64,000 nucleotides of DNA, taken from Diadema antillarum (taxonomy: Eukaryota). The notes below the pieces were generated by a model. That model did no database searches and was not told the DNA's origin. It worked only from the letters and a program-made list of their open reading frames with translations. Of this stretch, positions 12,801 to 25,363 are shown piece by piece (position 1 is the first letter of the stretch; each line of letters opens with the position of its first letter). Made by a program: the position numbers and the translations under genes. The stretch covers positions 868,001 to 932,000 of the forward strand of contig NW_027271324.1 in the NCBI RefSeq assembly GCF_040938485.1. The letters are read 5' to 3'.

Positions 12801-14388
12801 TTCGTGCTGGATATTCACATTTACAAATAAGCATGCTGAAACTGTATTTTCTGTTACCAGATTTTTCTTACATTGTTTTTAAGCTGATTTCATGTGGGTT
12901 ATAGTGTCACAATTGATCTGAGCTTATGCCATGCTTTCCCATATTAGATATCAGGATCACTCGAGAGTGAAAATGTTCATTTTCATTCATTTTAGAGTGA
13001 CCTCGGGAATCACTCGAAGAGTGACAAGTGATCCCTAAGGCAGGGCTCGACACTAACGGTGGTCCGGTGGCCCGGGGCCACCAAAAACGCACGTCGGGCC
13101 AGCAAAATGTCAGAAATGAAGAACATAGGTGGCCTGATCGGGCCACCAAAAAAGATCGGATATTTGCCTTTGGGCCACCAAAAATAAAAGTTAGTGTGGA
13201 GCCCTGCCTATTAAGGTCACTCTAAAATGAGTGAATGAACATTTTCACTCAAAAGTCACTCCAATTTCACTCTAAATTCACCGTTTTCTTGTTATTCACT
13301 CCTCACATCAAAAGCAAAAACTTCCACTCGATTTGGGTTTTTTTTTTTTCTTTTTCGGAGAGTAGAATATCACTGGTTCTAAAAATGTGTCCATAAAAAC
13401 CTACGACGGTTTAAGATAGCACAACAGACAAAATTGTATCAAAAACGAAATAATACATTTACTTTGGCGCAATTTTATACACTATGTCAGCTTTGATGGC
13501 CTGCAATCTTGAATTTTTTGAGTGATTGATCCAGATTTTGTTTTAAACTTTCTATAGCAAGGTTGTTTCAAGCTTCTACCTCTATTTGAAAGATAATTTT
13601 GCTTCATCTCATCTGCTTCAGAACAATCTACTTTGAAATAATAGCAATCAGCGTCACCTGAGCTACCACTTGGTATGAAAAGTTAGTTTGCAGGCACAAA
13701 CCCTTGTTTGTCAAAGAAAATGTCTGCGTTTGCCAAGACTACTACACGCACCACTGGCACTGCTACAAGCGCCAGTGTCAGTGGTGCGTGTAGTAGTCTT
13801 GGCGCGCGCAGGCTCTTTTTACGACCAACAAGGTATTGTCACAACTAAAGTGGCCATTTTTACATAATGAGTTTTCAAGTTTGAGACATTATAACTCCTG
13901 AACCAAAAATGGTACTGACCCCTAATTTTCTCCGAATATTAATTATATGTCAAACAAAATTCTTGAAACGTTTCAAGATAATCCTTCAGTTTTTCTGTGA
14001 TTTATGCTGAATCAAGCATTTTCATGATTTTCCTTTTTTCAGAAAAATATCAAAAAATGAATGTTTTTTCCTTAAAATCTCAATCCACTTATCACAATAA
14101 CCCACAAATATGGTATCAACTTGTAGAAAATTTTATTCTCTTTCATATGACATCACATTTGTTGAAATCTGATCTTTCAATCAAATTGTATCTTTCAAAT
14201 AACAAATTCGGTAAATATGGCGGCCATCTTGGACGCCATCTTGGATTTGGAGGCTTTCGCAACAAATTTTTTGAGGTAGACCAGTGGAATGTTGTTTGTT
14301 ACAATAAAAACTTGAAAATAAGCATGGTCTACTTAGTTTGTAGAGAGAGTGCAACTCGACCTCTGTTTTTAGCTTTTGGCCCCCCGGT
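9867..14388. mobile_element. ~4.5 kb non-autonomous foldback DNA transposon with ~1.0-1.05 kb terminal inverted arms
   Basis: Left arm ~9867-10927 is the reverse complement of right arm ~13376-14388 with few mismatches; the ORFs at 9864- and 13997+ are nearly identical. Ends read TA|ACCGG(A/G)GGGCCAAA ... TTTGGCCCCCCGGT|TA; the alternative reading is TTAA/TTAT piggyBac-like. No transposase ORF inside. Confidence 0.88.
13041..13206. mobile_element. 166-bp hAT-like MITE nested in the foldback element
   Basis: 17-bp TIRs CAGGGCTCGACACTAAC / GTTAGTGTGGAGCCCTG (1 mismatch) and three internal GGGCCACCAAAAA repeats. No clean 8-bp TSD. It lies inside a separate ~38-bp inverted repeat (12965-13003 / 13214-13249). 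Confidence 0.65.
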
Positions 14389-14647
14389 TATAGTCAGATT
14401 CTTCAGCTGTGTGTCAACTTACAAAGAGAACAGTGATAAAGGTTATATAAATATAAAAGCTGCACACGATTCGTTGAGGGGATTTTCGAATATATCAGAG
14501 CCGGGGCAGCCTTCCCATTCCATGGTATCTCCACGCTACCAGGCCTTTGATATGATAATCAATGTACTGGGCTCTGATATAGCCTACATGGCGGTGTGAA
14601 CTCGGACATACGTCCTATCACTGCCTATAAGATGTTCGTGATATTAA

Positions 14648-15202
14648 AGGACAAGTTCACCTTCATAGACATGTGGGTTTTGTGAATGCAGCAATATTAG
14701 CAGAACACATCAGTGGGAGTTTGAGGAAAATCGGACAATCCGTTCAAAAGTTATGAATTTTTGAAGTTTCTGCTCAGTCACCACTGGATGAAGACTACTA
14801 TAGCTTGTGATGTCACACGTGTACAGCGACAAAAAGAAAGTATATAGAAAATTCAACATATTTTCACTTGCTCGCGTAACAAAAGAACACTTGACTTCTC
14901 TCTTTCAGAAGGCAAGGGGAATAATATTACCCGTAACATACGTCAGTAACAAGTCGAAGAAATGTGCACTTTAATCAAAATGTAAAGTTTTGTGAAATTC
15001 TCTTTTTATTTTACTTATATTGTTGTACGCATGTGACATCATACACTGTGATAGTCTTCTCATCAAGCAGTGACTGCGCAGATATTAAAAAATTCATAAC
15101 TTTAGAACGGATTGTCCGATTTCCCCCAAACTTTCACTGATGTGTCCTACTGATATTGTTGCCTTCACTCAATCCACATGTACATGAAGATGGACTTGTC
15201 CT
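14648..15202. mobile_element. Kolobok-type MITE, 555 bp
   Basis: TTAA|AGGACAAGTTCACC ... GGACTTGTCCT|TGAA, with ~190 bp imperfect inverted arms (CGGACAATCCGTT..AAAGTTATGAATTTTT and its complement). Confidence 0.8.
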
Positions 15203-16049
15203 TGAACTTCTGCACCATAATCATTACAAATACACATGCTATAACAAAGATATTCTGCTACCAAATCATGTAGTATTGGAATTACAAAGGCAAAACGAAC
15301 GGCTTACAGAGTATTAGAAGTATTAGTCACATGTCATGATAACAAGTTTGATAACCATAACAAACCTGAAATTTTTTCCAGTCTTTTTTTCCCATTACTT
15401 ATTTCCACTTGAGTAATACTCCAAATCGACCCATAAATCCGCAGAATGAACAGCAAAGTTTTTGTGCTATGGCTAGACCTTATCGACAGTACAAGCTAGC
15501 TCTATCCTGGTACCCTCCTTTTAGTATTGTAGGTTGTGTAAAGTATCATAGGACGGGTGACGAATCAAGTTGTTATCATACACCAGTCAATGGCAGGTGA
15601 CTATACTCTATTGATAACCAAAATCACCAAGCATCTTAATGTTTTCAGAAACCATCACCCTCAAAAACCATAAATCTATATTAGTTCAGAATCTGCAGGC
15701 AATCACACAATTTACCTTCTGTAGCTGTGCACGAGGTGTTGAAACAAGAAACACACACAAGCTAGCTGCGTCACAGTGCTATTGGTGTATACATACGTTT
15801 TGCCACAGGGATGCCCTGGTGGAGGAGACTGCATCGTATAACATGTTTGTTCGTCAGCCCTCCGACGATGCGCATTGTATCTCCTTTTGAGGTAAAGCTC
15901 GCCGAGAAGGAGAGGTTAGTGCGTTACAAACGAGGATGAAGAGGTAAGCATGTTCATCGATATCGGCGGATCATTGCCCCGTTCTCACCACGCGGCTTCC
16001 TAGAGCTGCTTTACTGGCTTGGATGCTTGAACCGAAATTGTAGAATGGG

Positions 16050-16215
16050 NNNNNNNNNNNNNNNNNNNNNNNNNNNNNNNNNNNNNNNNNNNNNNNNNNN
16101 NNNNNNNNNNNNNNNNNNNNNNNNNNNNNNNNNNNNNNNNNNNNNNNNNNNNNNNNNNNNNNNNNNNNNNNNNNNNNNNNNNNNNNNNNNNNNNNNNNNN
16201 NNNNNNNNNNNNNNA
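16050..16215. other. N-run (gap or masked sequence), ~165 nt
   Basis: Run of n. Confidence 0.95.
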
Positions 16216-18062
16216 GGATGGCTCCATCAGTGAGTAGCTGTTGTTCGTGGAGGTTCTGCATATATGGACAATACACACAAAAACATGTATTCATAACCAT
16301 CAAAACAGCATAGTTCATAAAGTATACGAATGTTTCTAAAGTCCTTCTCTGTCCCCTACCCGGATTCCTGGCATTATAAAAGTAAACGTTGATCAACTCG
16401 TGAAATAACCAAGCCCAAGTTCACTGTAAGATGAAAAAGGGAGGGGCTAACAAAAATAGTTAAAAATAATCCTTATAGCCGGAATTGCCTCATTTGTTTG
16501 AAAAAAAAAACCCTATAAGTATAATCATTATGCTTTAGTGAATCTTTTTTTGCACTTTAATACTGCTTGTATGATCTATTCTGTTTTAGTCCCTATGGAT
16601 TCAAAGAATATTCCATAATACTTTGCTATCTGACATAGCCGATGGAAAGAATACATAATACCAGCATTTCTTTGAAGTTGCAGCCTGTCCTATTTTTGCT
16701 CTGAAATTTCTTAATTCTCAGTTGTTAACAAAACAATTCCAAACATAACAACCCTGCAGGATAGAGGGCGGAAACTATTTATCTTCTTCCTTCTCTATGT
16801 TGCTGGGCCCAAAGACTAATGCACCATCAGTATTTGATAGCATTTCAAAATTCTCGGTAGAAGCGATTAGTGACATGAGTGAAGTATGTAAATTTATCAT
16901 GTAAAACATGATATGAGAGTTCTTAAAGCAACTTCTTTTAGTGAACGCTAAGCCAATTAAGTGGACGCGATGCTGTAATTGGTCCATTTAATACAGAGAG
17001 ACAGAGAGTGAGAGAAAGATGAAAAGAGAGACAGAGGTGGAGATGGAGAGACAAAGAGAAGGGAGAGGAAAGAGAGACAGGCAGCTGAAGGTTAGATGCA
17101 GACAAAGGTCACAATGTAACATGGGAATATTAGGGAAGCAGCGAAAGGAATAGGGAGAGCGTACGTGACGTCGCTGAAGGGTCGAATTTTGATGTGCTTT
17201 ATCTGTGTATTACCAATGGCAACAAGATGTACCACTGATGGTATGGTACCACAACCTCATTCATCACCTACGGTTAATGGAATTGTCTTGCGTATTGCTA
17301 AGCTTTCACGCGATTGGGAATTACATATTCCGTGAACAAGCCTTCAGGCGACAATTCGAGGTTAAGCCATTGTCAAAGTAAGCAATTAGCTACCGTAACC
17401 TTTCAAAAAGACAAATCCGAGTGGAATATAAGGAAGATCAATATGTCAAAATTCCAGTCTCTGTTGAATTGAAATGAATATACCGGTGACGTGTCAATTT
17501 CTTTAAGTGCCGTTTGGGGCTTTGGTGAGAAGAAAGGTTAATTCCCTTCGGACAATTTCTACGAAGGTGATTTCCCCCCTTTTTTACATCCTCGTTTATC
17601 CGAGGTTCTTATCTCCTAAATACAGCTAATAGAGAAACTCTTCCCCATGCTAAAGTTACTCGTATTTTCTAGAACAACTTGAAACAAGCAGATTTGTCTT
17701 CGCATTGTGCAAATTAGGTGTTTCAGATGTCATTAGCTCGCTATGCCCTATCAACTCACAAACAGATCTTCATCAAATTGAACGCTCTTCTGATGAACTG
17801 ACATTTAGAAACAATGTTATGTGACTCGAATCTGATTATTTGTGACTTGATGTGATATGTCTTTGTTTTGTTTTATCCGCTTATTTGTATGATTTTTTGT
17901 TATTGTCAGAACTGTACCCTTGCCAGTGGATAGTGTTCGGTAATTGCCTGAGATGTGCTGCGGACACACGCCTGCTTCCTCTCAATCAGTCCCTTCTTTT
18001 CTCTAAAAGTGCCCTTCCTGATGTTTCTTGCTCTTTTGTCCTGTTGTCTTTGTTTCCTCGAT

Positions 18063-18150
18063 CATGTGTGTGTGTGTGTGTGTGTGTGTTTGTGTGTGTT
18101 TGTGTGCGTGCGCGTGTGTGCGTGTGTGTGAGTGTGTGCTTCTGTGTGTG
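18063..18150. repeat. (TG)n microsatellite
   Basis: Imperfect TG/CG run. Confidence 0.9.
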
Positions 18151-21100
18151 CCCAATATATTATACCTTATTTCTTCTGTACTTCCAACCATAGTTGAGTA
18201 GCTCACATCTCTTTATACGAGCTTGCCTTTAGCGTGAGCCTCTTCCCACAACAAAACAACAAACAAACAAACAAATCAAAACAAAAATAGAATAAAATAG
18301 GTCAAAACACAATGATTTTGTTCTAATAGTTTAAACTATTATGTATGGGTTATGCATTTGCCTGTATTCCTTGTCCACTTTCACGTGAATGTATGTTCAT
18401 AATCTATATTTTATTTTTTTGTTACATTGACTTTGTAAATAATTGCATTTAAAAGAATTCATGTGACATAAGGTTTGAATTGATAGTTGAAAAGTGAAAG
18501 TTCAATGACAACCTTTGAAAGAGGGATTAGCGTTGATCTACATGAAAGACAAAAAGAAAAAGTCTTTCATTTACACAAATTTTCACATCCAAAGCAGAGG
18601 GGGTGTAATTCAGAGGCGAAAATGTAACATCATGTACAGTGAATGTTGGGATTAACATAACTATGACCCATTTAGATGTTTAACATTTACTCTACATCAC
18701 GTTTACGTCGGCCGTACACAAATAGAGCAAACTCGGAGGAACAGAATTCGAGATGTGTCATCACAGTGGTACTGAAAATTAGATTAGTTATCCCAATTAT
18801 CAGTTTCTCCATTTCCCCCGACAAATCAGTGATGCCAATCGCAACCACAAACTCACACTCATGAACTCACAAGTCTCCATGAAACTGTACACGGGTCTTC
18901 ACTAAATGTCTTCCTTTTTTTTGGGGGGGGGGGAGCATTGATTAAAAGACTGTATACAGTTTATTCTGGAAACGATTTTATCATAATTACTGTTCACATT
19001 TTCTTTATTTAACAATGCTTAAAATTCATTGGTTGTTTTCTATTCCTAACTCACATTTTGAAGTATTCAAGCTGGGTTTTTGTTTCATCTGCGAATGGTA
19101 AATAATGCCTTTAATACCAGTGAGAATAACAGGTATTCATTGCATCACACTATGCATGCTAGCCATGCAACAATGAGCTTTAGGAAGGAGAAACTGAAGT
19201 TAAATTATTACCATAAACAACATGATTCCAGTGATATTTCTGTCCACAGACTAATGGGATAGTCGTGAGGTGACATCACCTGGGTGACATCATATCTGAG
19301 CCATACTTATTATAGCACAGTGCCCTCCCAGTTTGTTTGCCTTTGGTTGGATTGATGTGCCCCAAATTCCAGTATTAATTTTTAGAGTTACATTAATTGT
19401 ATTAATTGCATGTGTGTTTGAATGTGATGATTGTTATACTTATGGTTATGAAATTATTCCTCCTATGCCAATGTATATTTTTGTATAATGAGATGTACAT
19501 CTGTGCTATTCGACCTTTGGTCGCCAGTCAGATTTTTTTTTTTCATAAAGACCTTTTCAATCAATCAATTAAGACATCGACATCCTGCCTTAAGGAGTAT
19601 GTGAAAGTCATAGGATCGCTCTCCATAACGAGGAGCATTATAAAGAGATGTTCTAGACATACGAGGCATCTCATACGACCTACGATCGTCATGGAAACAA
19701 TGCAGCGGCTGTCCATTCACCTTGGACTACTCATTTACTCTTGTTAATGTATTAGAGGCCACTGGATACCGTGCTTCCGCAATGTCCAATGGCAATGCTG
19801 ATACAATGTCCATGTTACACTTAATTCAACAGCGCCACCTATGGTAAGAAATGAAATCTCCTGGCATGGTGACGCCAGCGCGCTGCTGGGTCGAGGCAGC
19901 TTCGGTGAGTGATGCCCACTGTCACGTGAGTGACTTTTTTTTCTCTCTCTGCTACTCTGACACCGAAATAATGGAAATTCAAACTGTTCGTATACAGTTA
20001 TGTTCGAGTTTAATCTTTCAAATCTTTGCAGCTTTCTCGTTCATAACAATACATTGAGCATAAAACGTAATATGAAACAAATCACAAATACATAACTTAA
20101 GTTATCTTGGATGACCTGAACTGGTGATCCCCTCAGCTTGGCTCAGTCGTCATCGATGTCCGATACCCTCGTCGTCGACCTCGGCACAGTCGCTTGGCTT
20201 GTCTCTTGGAAGCACCCCTTGACTTGGCCACTCAGCTAGACGCTACCCTATCGGCGGTCCTTTCAGCTCCTCGGCCTTCACTAGTCCCTGCTACCACGCA
20301 GACTCATGCCTTGATCTGCGATGCCCGAGCTCAAACGACGGCGAGCAGGCAAATTGAGATTGAGCTCCGTTCCAAAGTTCGGATCATAACTGCCCGAGTT
20401 CAGTTTTATCGGCAGCTGGAGCTCGCATCTCACCGACGTAGAAAACCCCCAGAAAAACGACTGCTGCCTAAGCGGAGATCTATGCTGGATGTCTGATCAA
20501 AGTATTTCTCCTCGATCCTCTACATTACTGAGCTTTTTATTAGCTTCCCTAACCATAGAGATTAACACTAAAGTCCCTTACACTCCCATACACTTGCTTT
20601 TTCCTGCCTTTTCTACACAAAAAGGATCATCCAATCATCATGCTTAAATATAGCCCTATTGAAACTCTACACAATATGTCTAGCCATCGTCTAGACTGCT
20701 GTTACATAACATCTTTACTCATGAACTTGTGAACAATAAACTACAACCAACACCCTAGTGACACTGACATAGCTGAGTCTCGACTGAGCTAGAGAACATT
20801 CCTAGCCACCACCTGGATGGGAGCTATTACATAACACCTCTATTCACTCAATTTCTATAGTCTGAGTTAATACATAATATTACAAACCGGGGATGCTGTT
20901 GCCATGCTATTTCTTTAACTTTTGCTTTGTCTCATTTCATGTGACTGCCCTGTCTGACTTTGACTGATCTAGACATGCTGTTGCTATGCCAGTTTATTCT
21001 TTAACTTTTACTTTGTCTCATTTAATATAAATTTCCAGACAGTCAATCTCTTGCAGTTTGACCTAGTGGCTTTCTAGGACAACTTTAAAGCTCTAAATCT

Positions 21101-21713
21101 TTTACAAACTCAAACAAATTCGATTTCACTTCACCGGCAAAATCAAAGATAAATTTCTCTCCTGACACCCACCTACGCTCTTCGCGGTTTTCCCTCCGAA
21201 ATTGCAATATTAACCACAATATTTTTGGGTGGTTACAAGCATTCCTCCACAAATCAAGGGAATTATGATGCAGTAAGACAACATGCATGAATGTTTATCC
21301 CACAGCAATGAAGAAATTAATTGTCAGTCATTGCCATGCATTTACATTTTACTTATTGCCTTTGGGGATTTGATATGTCTGGCATATAATTCTATGGGTA
21401 CTACATTTTTATCGTGTGGAACTGGTTGATTCATACAAATATTCAGGACAACATTCATGTTTGTCTTGCTTCGCTGAACGTGAAATCACATTCTGAAGTC
21501 TGTAATTACCCTGCCTACATGGTTTCAAGCATTTTTACTATCACTATTGAAGGACACTATCAACCGAAGCAATTGATTATTTTTGTTATTTTGTTATGGA
21601 CTTAAAGCTTTGGTCGGTCATACATGCTATCCCTTGTGAATTTATCTATTCAAAATATATAATTGCACCTACTTTGCGTAAGTAGTTATTTTGAATTGTT
21701 TTCTAATGATTTG

Positions 21714-21757
21714 TGTGTGTGTATGTATGTGTGTGTGTGCGTATGTATGTGTGTGTG

Positions 21758-21790
<33 letters not shown>
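21714..21790. repeat. (TG)n microsatellite
   Basis: Imperfect TG run; (ATTCA/ATTCG)n pentamers follow at ~21840-21880. Confidence 0.9.
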
Positions 21791-21792
<2 letters not shown>

Positions 21793-22479
21793 TTGTGTCC
21801 AGTGATACGTATTGTATTTGTTGGGAATTACGACAAATCAGTTCAATACAATTCAATTCAATTCGATTCGATTCAATTCTCTAATACGTTGTAAAGACGA
21901 TTTTTTTTTTTACGGATAAAGGTTCTTTTGTCGATGAAATTTATGTAGCTCTTCTGTTTTATTCATTGATTCATTATCGATTTTTTAATAGATTCTAATA
22001 ATGATTGGAATCCCATTCAACTAAAAAACGGTGTTCCAGACAGCGAAGGACATATAGGAAGAAACAAAATATAGAATTTGATGATTAATTTCACGAAGTT
22101 GCATACACAGTTGTGATATAAAATTTGATTAGGCTAATCCAATTAACCACCAGGAATGCGGCTTTAACATGTAAACATTGTAACATTTATGACTTTAACG
22201 ACAGAAAAGAAAGGGGAAGATCGTAATGCATGGTTTGTTGAATTCCGCGTAGCTATAAAAGGGAGAATGGGAATCTTCCTGCAGGGTTGTTAAGTAAAAT
22301 CCTGTAGTTTGCCTATAATACAAAGACCAATGTATTTCTTATGATCACCCAATTTCCGTTGAAGCCGGAAGCGGGCGAAACTCAGTGCACAATTTCATAC
22401 ATTAAATAATGCCATTAGATTCTAAACCACTAATCTGAGGTCTACCATTCCAAATTATCGGATAATTCAGCATAATGAA

Positions 22480-23000
22480 GTATCAAAATTATGATTCACA
22501 ATAACCATTGGTGTTCACTTTGTAGTGTTCGTTTGAAATTAGAACTGATGCGATCAAACAACAGAACGTTAATTTTCAAACTGAGGAAGCCCTGGTATGG
22601 GTTGTATGGAATAATAGAGACTTCTGCGGCAAAGAGTGCTTTCTCTTTTGACATTTCGTCATGCTGCTTTAACCATATTCTTTTTTTTTTTCATAACTGG
22701 ACGACCACACTTCTTCATCTATAATTACACACAGACAAATAGTAGAATGAACTCTCCTCGGAGTATTATTACCAGTAAGCAGAAATTAGAACAAATTTTG
22801 ATACGTTTTTCAGAGAATCGCAGGAATCAATCATGCATACTTTCTCGCAGTTAAAATAAGATATAAAGAGCGATTCCACCTCCGTGCCCATTTCAATCTC
22901 TGCCTCTAAAGTAATTATACGCCCTTTCCATCAACGTATTAAGATTCTGAATCAGTTGTGAATGAGTCATCGAGCGCTTCATTGATTCCAAATTCAAAAT
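22480..23000 (-). mobile_element. Degenerate CR1/L2-clade LINE AP-endonuclease remnant
   Basis: Minus strand 22920-22861 translates YNYFRGRD*NGHGGGIALLY, matching the CR1/L2 endonuclease motif Y..fR.DR...GGGV..Y. It is interrupted by stops. Boundaries are approximate. Confidence 0.55.
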
Positions 23001-23670
23001 TTTGTGTTGTAAATGATTATACCAAATTGTATATTGTGAGCCTGAACAACAGCCAGACATCGCGCCTTCACTGTTGCAGCACCATAGTCCTGAAACAGTC
23101 TCTTCCTTCCCATACCTCAATATCCAGTCAACAGTTAACACAGATCAAGTAAAGAAAAAAAAATCAATTTGAAATTAATGTATAGATAAATAAAAAGTAA
23201 AAAAAAAATCAAATATTCCAGAAGTAAAACTTATTCTTAGTTTTTATTCAATTCCAGAGGTTAGTGATCACATCAAGCTTAATGTTATCTTTTGTTTTGT
23301 TTTGTTTTTGCTCTTTTGTTTAGTTTAGTAAATATATTGGTGATTTCTTGTATTTTGTTGTAGTTGTGAGAGTGTTTTCATCTATTTTGCAAAGGCGCTA
23401 TATAAATACTGGTATCATTATTGTTATTATCATAAATCACCTTTATCATAATATCATCTGTAATATATATATATACGTAAATATATATATTTATGATTTG
23501 ATTTTGATCGACTTTCTCTATTTATTCTATGCATGACATTGCTTTGCAGTTTCATCAAACATTATAATGCACATTGTACTGCGCACTATCTTTATAGGTG
23601 TTCAGGCCTACATATTGTATGTGTTTATATATACATAAGTATTTTGCTTTTTGTATTTTGTTTTTGTCGA

Positions 23671-23745
23671 GACGTATGGCTGAGAGGTTAAAGGCGACGT
23701 CTCTGGCGCCGTGAGGTTGCACACGTGCGGGTTCGAACCCCACTA
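23671..23745 (+). mobile_element. tRNA-derived sequence (Ser/Leu class II-like): SINE head or tRNA pseudogene
   Basis: A-box-like TGGCTGAGAGGTTAAAGGCG at 23677, long variable-arm-like segment, B-box GGTTCGAACCC at 23730-23740. The anticodon arm is degenerate and the 3' end runs into an N-run. Confidence 0.65.
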
Positions 23746-23911
23746 NNNNNNNNNNNNNNNNNNNNNNNNNNNNNNNNNNNNNNNNNNNNNNNNNNNNNNN
23801 NNNNNNNNNNNNNNNNNNNNNNNNNNNNNNNNNNNNNNNNNNNNNNNNNNNNNNNNNNNNNNNNNNNNNNNNNNNNNNNNNNNNNNNNNNNNNNNNNNNN
23901 NNNNNNNNNNN
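23746..23911. other. N-run, 166 nt
   Basis: Run of n directly after the tRNA-like head. Confidence 0.95.
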
Positions 23912-25203
23912 AATCAAACGTTATGCTTTAAATGCCATCGCCAACGTCACGCCCCCTTAAACACCCAACCGATGCAGGCAACACGTTCATTCTTGGAAGC
24001 ACCCATCCACGGTGTCTGGCGCAGTAACACTATCTCCGCGTTAGGGCAGATGTGAAATAGGGACGGTATTTCATCAGTGGAGAAGGAATAGGAGAGTGTG
24101 AACTGTCACATCTGCCGGAATCATTTTCCGGCCGATTGGTTTCGCTTCTTTTGAGATTATTAAAGATGACTGAAACCTATGATAGTCCTCAATGTATTAT
24201 ATTAGTTATGGCGATCATCGTTGATTAGCATAACGTCCCTGAGGAGAAAGAGGACTCAGGGTCATTTCTCTCGCACTTTTTGTTTCTCTTTATTACATAA
24301 TTATTTCAGTTCTTCCATGTTTTGAGATTCCGGATTCGTATCTTTTCTTTTTATTCTAGTGCCTTTTTTTTTATACTGGTACTTCCCTTTTCTATCCAAG
24401 TCACTCTGTCGTTGAGTTACCTAATAATCAATGTTTGTTTGTTTGTTTACTTTTCCTAACGTCAATGAACATGTAGTATTGTCTATCAGCGCTGACACGC
24501 TGTTTAGTGAGGCTATTCAGATAACTTTATTATATACATCAACAGCTCTACATACAATTCTGTTATGCTTTTATTTTTCTTTCTCTCCCTACTCCTCTGC
24601 ACTTTCTCCTTTCTTTTCCTTTCTGCTGTCTGTTTCCTCCTCTTCCTCGCTTGACTCTTTATTCCCATTTCTCTTTTACCAGTCCTCTCTCTCAACCTTT
24701 TATTTTACCTGTATGATTCCTTGTCCGAATATTATGTGCGCGTGCGCAAGTGTGTAATTGTCCATTGAATCTTATACAATTCTTGAGTCACAACCTCTTC
24801 TATGCTCCGCCCCCTCTCCCCCCCCCTCTCTCTCTTTCTTTCTTTTTTTCTCCCTCTCTCAATCTTTCAACATCTTCTTTTCCCCCTCTCTCTCTTTCTC
24901 TATCTCTTTGTCTACCGCCCTCCGTGGGCACCGAGGACGATCATTCTCTTCCGGTGGAAAAGTCACAGCTGACCGCAGTGGTTAGTTCTCGTGAATGAAT
25001 ATCATCTTTGAATTCCGTCGACATGGCGATGGCGGATCAATATAAACAACCAATCACTTGCAACGGAACTAAACTTGAAAGACAACTTTTCTGGGGGCAC
25101 CAAACAGCTGGGAAAGCAAAGATCGCCAATTTTCTAGGAGGCTAATTTTTTGCACGTCTCAATACTTCCATATTTGTGATGAGCTGTAACAACATCAGTC
25201 AGC

Positions 25204-25209
25204 TATAAA
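25204..25209 (+). promoter_or_regulatory. Probable TATA box of the GS-like gene
   Basis: CTATAAAT, ~150 nt upstream of ATG|GTAAGT. It is preceded by a long CT-rich tract (~24560-24920). Confidence 0.5.
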
Positions 25210-25360
25210 TGCGAGGAGATACTGCGCCTTGAAAAAGGTGACGATTCTGCGGGGAACGAGAAGGAGCTTGATTCACTCTTACAGCTTCAGATCTTCATTC
25301 TTCATTCGATTGTTGCATTAAATCCTTGTTCTCTTCTAATTGTGCTTTTTGATCAAATTA

Positions 25361-25363
25361 ATG
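25361..25363 (+). CDS. Probable first coding exon of the GS-like gene (start codon only)
   Basis: TTAATG|GTAAGT is a consensus donor. Phase-0 splicing to the acceptor at 28231 gives in-frame M-MACLDVN. Confidence 0.5.

Noticed and set aside
9864-14599. Twin ORFs (134 aa minus, 200 aa plus) with near-identical translations, suggesting a duplicated gene
   Set aside because: They are the two arms of the foldback element read in opposite directions. There is no domain, and the composition is biased by AT-rich sequence.
15790-15950. Possible short exon on either strand (splice-like motifs)
   Set aside because: No frame gives a recognisable peptide or links in phase to a neighbouring gene.
23671-23745. 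Functional tRNA gene
   Set aside because: The anticodon stem is mismatched, U33 is absent, and the acceptor stem cannot be verified because of the N-run.
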